Below are positions 57,950 to 64,000 of a stretch of 64,000 bases of DNA, piece after piece. The stretch covers positions 96,001 through 160,000 of the forward strand of contig JBCBUK010000007.1 in the NCBI GenBank assembly GCA_039818205.1, in the 5' to 3' direction. Positions within the stretch are counted from its first letter, which is position 1. Every line of letters begins with the position of its first letter. Origin of the DNA: Verrucomicrobiota bacterium (GTDB taxonomy: Bacteria; Verrucomicrobiota; Verrucomicrobiia; Opitutales; Cerasicoccaceae). A program made the translations under genes and the position numbers. The notes beneath the pieces were generated by a model, which had not been told where the DNA came from, made no database searches, and saw only the letters and a program-made list of their open reading frames with translations.

Positions 57950-59212
57950 ATGCATAGCCCGCAACCACGATCCAGTTCTGGAAATAAATCATCTCCAGAA
58001 TCTTTGCGGCGCATTGCCGAAGCGATTGATCTGAAAGACGTTCCGGAAACAGCGCCAGGATTGACTTTGGTGCCGGTTGCTCCAGGACGGTTTCACGCAA
58101 ACTGGCACTTGGAAACCGCAATCATCAAGGAAGGATGCCGCATATTCGGCCTGCAACCCGAAGAGACGCGGCTCGTTCTCCGCGCTTACGAATTTTCAGA
58201 AGACGAACGGATCTATCAAGCCGCGCAATCTTGGGAAGATTTCCCCATTACGGGTTTGGTCAATCGGGGCTACTTCAATCTTGAGGCCGAATCACCGTTT
58301 ATTGGTGGAGCCTTGGGCCTTTTGAACTCCCATGGCCACTTTCGACCACTCCTGCGGGCGGAATCAATAAGTCTTCCGGTCGCTCCGAGTATAGCCAAGG
58401 AACCAATTGCAATTGATGACGAGGCCGGAGAGCATCAATTCTTCCCCGAGGTATTTGATGAGAACTCAATTCTTGCTCGTCTGCCTGTCCTCGAGGGCCT
58501 GCCCGAGGAGTTGTTAAGCCTACCCGTCACCCTCTCAGCTTCTCCTGAGCTAAAACCTTATTTTGAAGAAGTCCTCGACGAGCCAACCATTCACTTGGCG
58601 GCGGTGAGCGGAAAGATTTCGGATCCTCAGTATTACGTAAGCCAAATTCTTCCGGCGCAAGCGGCATCCCAAATTCCACCAGCAAGCATCAGTTCGGCTC
58701 CCGACAAGCCGGAGCAACTGTCTGACCAAAAACAGCCAAGCTCGCATAAGCCCTCGCCACCCGGTTCCTCCGAGCGACTAGCCAGCCAGTCGTCCGAGGT
58801 TTGGAACAACATGGCACCAATCTACCTGCGGGCAGAATTAGTTTTTAACGGAATTGTTGCGCCCGGCTTTAAAGTCAGGCTCAACGGCGTTCAACTCGGG
58901 CTCCTACCTGGCCGGCAGTTCAAGATTGTGAGAAAGATCAATCAATTCGTCGATATCTGGCCGTTCTTTTCCACGATAGATGATCAATTAGAGCAGATTT
59001 CGCTTTCCTCTGGCTTCAAAATCAAAAACAATGAAGAACAGGTGATAATTAATGTATCTATCTGTATAGAAGGTCGAATTAACGATCGAAGCTACCTGAA
59101 ACATATGCCCAAGTCGGTGAAAATTGATTCTGAAGGTCGGTTCACGCTCGATCGCCAGCTCAGCGACGGCGATGCTCTACTACCCGGTTTACTGGTAGAA
59201 GCCGACGCGTGA
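57950..59212 (+). CDS. DUF4912-like domain protein
   Basis: 'LTLVPVAPGRFHANWHL...LVLRAY', followed by a low-complexity linker and a short repeated beta motif. Confidence 0.65.
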   Translation: MHSPQPRSSSGNKSSPESLRRIAEAIDLKDVPETAPGLTLVPVAPGRFHANWHLETAIIKEGCRIFGLQPEETRLVLRAYEFSEDERIYQAAQSWEDFPITGLVNRGYFNLEAESPFIGGALGLLNSHGHFRPLLRAESISLPVAPSIAKEPIAIDDEAGEHQFFPEVFDENSILARLPVLEGLPEELLSLPVTLSASPELKPYFEEVLDEPTIHLAAVSGKISDPQYYVSQILPAQAASQIPPASISSAPDKPEQLSDQKQPSSHKPSPPGSSERLASQSSEVWNNMAPIYLRAELVFNGIVAPGFKVRLNGVQLGLLPGRQFKIVRKINQFVDIWPFFSTIDDQLEQISLSSGFKIKNNEEQVIINVSICIEGRINDRSYLKHMPKSVKIDSEGRFTLDRQLSDGDALLPGLLVEADA

Positions 59213-60732
59213 ATTCAGCCCGCAACGTCAGCCTCCTTCTCCACGCACATTTACCCTACGGGCTGCGTACCGAGGTGCCATTTAGTCTAGAAGAGGCTTG
59301 GCTGCACGAGGCAACCATCGATTGCTACGTCCCGTTACTCTACGTGTTTGGATCGTTGCCAGCGGGAAAATTACCACCGATCGCGGTATCCCTCTCCCCA
59401 ACATTGATCGAAATGTGGGAACACCCCGCTTTCCCCGAGCGATTTGAAGCTCACTTGCGACGAGGTATAAACCTTTTTGAAAACGAAGCCGCCGATCCTA
59501 CCCTTCCCGCTCCAAGACGTGCTTTAGCAAGCAACTATGCTCAAAGCTGGGAATCCATTCTCAAGGACTTCCGTTCGAAATTCCAGGGCAAGCTTCTTGG
59601 TGCCTGGACCCAGCTGGCACAGCTTGGGAAGGTCGAGCTATTGACCACGGCGACTACTCATGCATTTCTACCCGCGCACCAAAACGCAACCAGTCGGAAA
59701 CTACAGATCGAGCTCGGTGTCGAACGCTTTACGCGGCTAACGGGTATCGAACCAAAGGGATTTTGGCTACCAGAATGTGCTTACTATCTGGGACTCGAAA
59801 GAGACTTAGAAACAATTGGTATTGAATGGTTTAGCGTCGAGAACATGGGGGAATCCAGCCTCACTCGCTGCCCCAATAAGCTCCTCGCGATATCGCGCCA
59901 CTCCTACCTTTCCCGCAAGGTCTGGGATGCGCGTTCTGGCTACCCCGGAAACGTGGACTATCGGGAGTTTCACCGCGACGCGATCAAGGAGCTCAGCCAT
60001 GAAAAAGCCGGCCTATTTCGCTTAGAAAACGGCGATTCCCTTCCTTTGGGAATGAAATATTGGCGAGTAAGCGGACAAGAGGACAAGGATTGGTACGATC
60101 CTGCCCAAGCGGTTGAACAGGCTCGCCAGGATGCCCACGACTTCATCCGAGAGCTCGAGGAAGAAGCCACGGATCCAATCACCTTCCTGCCTTTTGATGC
60201 CGAGTTGTTTGGACATTGGTGGTTTGAGGGGCCGGTGTGGATCAAAGAGATTCTTCACCTAGCCAGCTCGGCGCAGAGTCTTCACCTTGGCACCCCAACT
60301 GAGATCTTGGCAGATGCACCGGAGATTCATGTCGGCCGGCCCAAGCCGTCAACTTGGGGACATCAGTCAGACTATTCATTTTGGGTGAACCATGAAACCG
60401 ACTGGATCTATCCACTGCTGCAGCAGGCTGACCGGCAATTAGCCGAGTTACTCAACAACCAGCCCAAACAAGAATCCACGCTTTACGGGCGAGCAATCGG
60501 TCAATTGACCCGCGAGTTACTGCTCGCGCAGGCTTCCGATTGGCCATTTATGATACGTGCCGGAGCGACTGCCAACTATGCTCGGGAACGAATCCAACGA
60601 CACCTTGCCCGTTTTCACTACCTCGCCGAACAGATTGCTCAAGGTAACATCGACCAGGAAGCCCTGGCTGGACTTGAAGAGCTGGACCCAATCCTGCCCG
60701 ATTTAACGATAGAACGCTTAATTCATTCTTAG
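59209..60732 (+). CDS. Second GH57 branching-enzyme paralog
   Basis: 'LHAHLPY', 'WLPECAY', 'PFDAELFGHWWFEG', 'AQASDWPF'. Confidence 0.9.
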   Translation: MNSARNVSLLLHAHLPYGLRTEVPFSLEEAWLHEATIDCYVPLLYVFGSLPAGKLPPIAVSLSPTLIEMWEHPAFPERFEAHLRRGINLFENEAADPTLPAPRRALASNYAQSWESILKDFRSKFQGKLLGAWTQLAQLGKVELLTTATTHAFLPAHQNATSRKLQIELGVERFTRLTGIEPKGFWLPECAYYLGLERDLETIGIEWFSVENMGESSLTRCPNKLLAISRHSYLSRKVWDARSGYPGNVDYREFHRDAIKELSHEKAGLFRLENGDSLPLGMKYWRVSGQEDKDWYDPAQAVEQARQDAHDFIRELEEEATDPITFLPFDAELFGHWWFEGPVWIKEILHLASSAQSLHLGTPTEILADAPEIHVGRPKPSTWGHQSDYSFWVNHETDWIYPLLQQADRQLAELLNNQPKQESTLYGRAIGQLTRELLLAQASDWPFMIRAGATANYARERIQRHLARFHYLAEQIAQGNIDQEALAGLEELDPILPDLTIERLIHS

Positions 60733-60785
60733 AATGTAGACACGACACGCTTTACAATGGGCGTCGAATCCTCTACCCCAGTCTT

Positions 60786-62576
60786 ATGGCTAAAAAAAGT
60801 AGCTCAGCCAACTCCACTGCTAAAACAACTTCCAAGTCCTCGGATACCACTATGCCGGTACCAAATCCGGCTTCCGAAGGCAAAGTCTCCAAGATCGCGA
60901 AAAAATCTGCACGCAAAAAGCAAGCGGTCAAAAAAGTCGCTCCGGCTAAGGTCGATTTCGAAGAACTGAAAGAAACCGCGGATAAGGCCATAGACAAAGA
61001 ACGCCTGACTGCGAAGGATGCCGCCAAACCCATTGACGCGGACCCAACCGAGGAACACGGCAGCGACCTCCACAATGTTTTCCTTCAGGAGGAGATTCCC
61101 TCGATGTATGTCGTGCATATCTCGCCTGAGATGTCCCCTGTTGCCAAAGTTGGTGGTTTGGCCGACGTTGTCTTCGGACTAACCTGGGAATTGCAGATTC
61201 GCGGACATCATGTAGAGACGATCTTACCCAAGTATAACAACATGCGTTATGACCATGTTTATGGTCTCGAACGCTGCTTCGATGATCTCTGGGTTCCGTG
61301 GCAAGGTGGTGCGATCCATTGTTCGGTTTATTTCGGTTTCGTCTATGGGCGTAAGTGCTTCTTCATCGAACCGCACTCGAGTGACTGCTTCTTTGACCGC
61401 AACAAATTTTACGGCGACCACGATGATGTATTCCGCTTCGCATTCTTTTCGCGTGCGGCAATGGAATTCCTGCTGAAGTCCGGGAAACGTCCCGACGTCA
61501 TTCATTGCCATGATTGGCAAACCGGCCTGGTTCCTGTCTTTCAGTGGGAGATTTATCACAAGCACGGCATGCATGATTGCCGAGTCTGCTACACCATCCA
61601 TAACTTCCGCCATCAAGGCCTTTGTGGTGGCCACATTTTGGACGCGACCGAACTCAACCGACCAGAATACTACTTTGCACCCGAACGCCTCGGCGACTAC
61701 CACCACCCGACCGCCATCAACTTGATGAAAGGCGGCATTGTCTACTCGAATTTTGTTACCACCGTGTCGCCAACCCATGCGGGCGAAGCCAAAGACAAGG
61801 GACAAGGCTTTGGCCTTGAGCCAGCCCTACACGCCCATAACTCAAAATACGGCGGCGTCCTCAATGGCATTGACTACGAAGTCTGGAATCCTGAGTCAGA
61901 CCGCTACATTCCAACGCACTACAGTAGCGAATCGGTCGATAAAAAATACGAGAACAAGAAAGCCCTACGCGATCGTCTGCTAATGGCAGACAATGAAAAG
62001 CCAATTATCGCCTACGTTGGCCGCCTCGATCCTCAAAAGGGCCTTGAGCTCATTCGCCACGCGCTCTTCTACTGCGTCAACCATGGAGCGCAGTTCATCT
62101 TACTTGGCAGTAGTCCAGAAGCCTCCATCGATGGCTATTTCTGGCGAATCAAAGGCGAGATAAACGAGAATGCCGATAGCCATATCGAGATCGGATTCAA
62201 CGAGGAACTCGCACACCTGATTTACGCCGGTGCGGACATGATGATCGTCCCAAGCCGCTACGAACCCTGTGGCCTTACCCAACTAATTGCCATGCGCTAT
62301 GGAACGGTACCTCTCGTCCGCAGCGTTGGAGGCCTGGCGGACACCGTCTTCGACAAGGATTTCTCGGATAAGCCGCTTGACCAGCGCAACGGCTACGTTT
62401 TCCACAACGACGATTACGCCGGTGTCGAAAGCGCTCTATCGCGTGCCATTAGCTGCTACTATCAGTATCCCGATCACTTCCGATCGCTCATGCTCAACAG
62501 CATGAACTGCGACTACTCATGGAACGTGCCGGGACAACATTACTTGAACATATACAATTACATTCGAGCGAAATAA
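60786..62576 (+). CDS. glgA: Glycogen synthase (GT5) with N-terminal extension
   Basis: 'AKVGGLADV', 'HCHDWQT', 'GRLDPQKG', 'PSRYEPCGLTQL'. Confidence 0.93.
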   Translation: MAKKSSSANSTAKTTSKSSDTTMPVPNPASEGKVSKIAKKSARKKQAVKKVAPAKVDFEELKETADKAIDKERLTAKDAAKPIDADPTEEHGSDLHNVFLQEEIPSMYVVHISPEMSPVAKVGGLADVVFGLTWELQIRGHHVETILPKYNNMRYDHVYGLERCFDDLWVPWQGGAIHCSVYFGFVYGRKCFFIEPHSSDCFFDRNKFYGDHDDVFRFAFFSRAAMEFLLKSGKRPDVIHCHDWQTGLVPVFQWEIYHKHGMHDCRVCYTIHNFRHQGLCGGHILDATELNRPEYYFAPERLGDYHHPTAINLMKGGIVYSNFVTTVSPTHAGEAKDKGQGFGLEPALHAHNSKYGGVLNGIDYEVWNPESDRYIPTHYSSESVDKKYENKKALRDRLLMADNEKPIIAYVGRLDPQKGLELIRHALFYCVNHGAQFILLGSSPEASIDGYFWRIKGEINENADSHIEIGFNEELAHLIYAGADMMIVPSRYEPCGLTQLIAMRYGTVPLVRSVGGLADTVFDKDFSDKPLDQRNGYVFHNDDYAGVESALSRAISCYYQYPDHFRSLMLNSMNCDYSWNVPGQHYLNIYNYIRAK

Positions 62577-62591
62577 CGCTAATCCTTTTGT

Positions 62592-64000
62592 ATGACCACT
62601 GCTACGCGCCGCATTCTTGCTGCCTATTGGATTGCGCCGGGACGAGGAATCGTCCTGATGCGTCGCAACTGGTTGGTTAAAAAGCCTCCCGAGTTCTACC
62701 TCGATGCACCGGGAGCTCAAATCGCTAAAATCCAACGGGCGGACCCCGTCAAGCTAGCCTTCTTCACCGGATACTATGAATCGGGTGACGACATTGTCTT
62801 CTGTGTTGAGCCCAAGCGCTTTCCCCACGTTGATTTTGAAAACAACCCTGTGCGTGTGGCGGGCCCCTTCAATGAATGGGGTAAAGACAACTGGGATAAG
62901 TGGTTGATGACTGAGGCCGAAACTGATGACGGTGAAACCTACTACCAAGTCGCCGTCCCGCGCGCCGTATTCGGTTCGAAACCCTCCCATGTCCAGTTCA
63001 AATTCGTCACTGCCGATTGGCATTGGCTGACGCCACTACGCACTGCCCCAAACGTCGAGTACGACAAAGGAGACAACTCCAACTACCGCCTTAACCTCAG
63101 CCGAACAGGCAAACATGCCTTTGAGTTCGTGCTCGAGAAAGGCCAGCGCGGCATGGACCAAACCTGCCGCCTTGGTTGGAAAGATAAAGGCTCCGTGCGT
63201 GACCTCCAACCCATTCGTCCCGGACTCGGTTTTTGCGATCTCAAAACCGATGCGCCTCTTGGAGCGACCATCAACGGCGAACGCACGACTTTCCGTCTCT
63301 TCGCACCGCGCGCGACGGCTGTTAGACTCGAGCTCTATGACGCAGTTGAAGCCTCATTGATCAACCTCTACGATATGGAACTGTCGGCGGATCAATTGTG
63401 CTGGGAAATCGAGCTCGATGGAAATTTACACGGATGGTACTACACCTACTCCGTCAACGGGGTAAACGACGGGCAGACAACCAATTTCGATTTCTCGGAA
63501 CCGATTACCGATCCGTACGCAAAAGCCGTCTGTTCCCATAAAGGTCCCGGCATCGTCATCGACGATGATCAATGCCGCAAACCATACAAACGCTTCACGC
63601 CGCCACCGTGGCAGGATCTAGTAATCCTGGAATGCCACGTGCGCGACGTAGTGGCCAAGGCGCCTCTGAAAATCGAAGACCAAGATCGCCTTGGCTTCAT
63701 TGGTGTCGCTCAGTTCCTTGAGGATGACATGTGCTACTTGCGAACTGTCGGCGCCAACGCCCTTGAGTTTCAACCCATCCAACAGTTCGATAGCACCTCC
63801 AAAGAGGAATACCACTGGGGCTATATGACGACGAATTACTTCTCGCCGTCGGCCTGGTATGGATCCGATCCCGCCTCCTTTTCTCAGAACGAAGAGTTTC
63901 TGGAGATGGTTGAAGCCTGTCACGATCACGAACTGGCGGTGATCATCGACGTCGTTTACAACCATGTGGGTTTGCCCAACGCACTAGAGCGTATCGACAA
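62592..64000 (+). CDS. GH13 pullulanase/debranching-type enzyme with CBM48, 3'-truncated by the window edge (not in ORF track)
   Basis: Open frame from ATG 62592: 'VRVAGPFNEWG', 'LGATINGERTTFRLFAPRA', 'DPYAKA', 'YHWGYMTTNYFSP', 'DVVYNH'. Confidence 0.88.
   Translation, partial: MTTATRRILAAYWIAPGRGIVLMRRNWLVKKPPEFYLDAPGAQIAKIQRADPVKLAFFTGYYESGDDIVFCVEPKRFPHVDFENNPVRVAGPFNEWGKDNWDKWLMTEAETDDGETYYQVAVPRAVFGSKPSHVQFKFVTADWHWLTPLRTAPNVEYDKGDNSNYRLNLSRTGKHAFEFVLEKGQRGMDQTCRLGWKDKGSVRDLQPIRPGLGFCDLKTDAPLGATINGERTTFRLFAPRATAVRLELYDAVEASLINLYDMELSADQLCWEIELDGNLHGWYYTYSVNGVNDGQTTNFDFSEPITDPYAKAVCSHKGPGIVIDDDQCRKPYKRFTPPPWQDLVILECHVRDVVAKAPLKIEDQDRLGFIGVAQFLEDDMCYLRTVGANALEFQPIQQFDSTSKEEYHWGYMTTNYFSPSAWYGSDPASFSQNEEFLEMVEACHDHELAVIIDVVYNHVGLPNALERID

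Noticed and set aside
2374..63965. Numerous short antisense or alternate-frame ORFs in the six-frame track
   Set aside because: They lie within well-supported genes and show no family motifs; expected shadows in moderately GC-rich DNA.

Overview
64 kb of bacterial chromosome, most likely Verrucomicrobiota (Opitutales-like); this is inferred from the PEP-CTERM proteins, fused ccoNO, a sulfatase and the overall gene style. The left ~9.3 kb looks accessory. It holds the tail of an integron-type cassette array (three AT-richer genes separated by attC-like hairpins with non-canonical GTTCGCT/AGCGAAC R boxes; no integrase in the window) and a heavy-metal RND efflux operon whose adaptor lacks the alpha-hairpin. 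It ends at an isolated 5' half of tRNA-Arg(TCT), broken exactly at the anticodon loop, beside a probable decayed integrase. Next come a large beta-helix/LamG exoenzyme, a cyclophilin-FKBP fusion, a sulfatase, a cytochrome c-PQQ dehydrogenase, a MurQ-like/GH20 pair, a TPR-AAA/TPR-membrane pair, rlmI-like, lptF/G, an ABC exporter, smc, an ECF sigma pair and SHD1 paralogs. The right part has a ketosynthase-ACP-desaturase-like cluster, a Cys-rich PocR-AraC regulator facing a cbb3 oxidase operon, frr and proB. It closes with a divergent glycogen locus (two GH57, two DUF4912-like proteins, glgA, partial GH13). All calls come from reading motifs by eye; no database searches were run.
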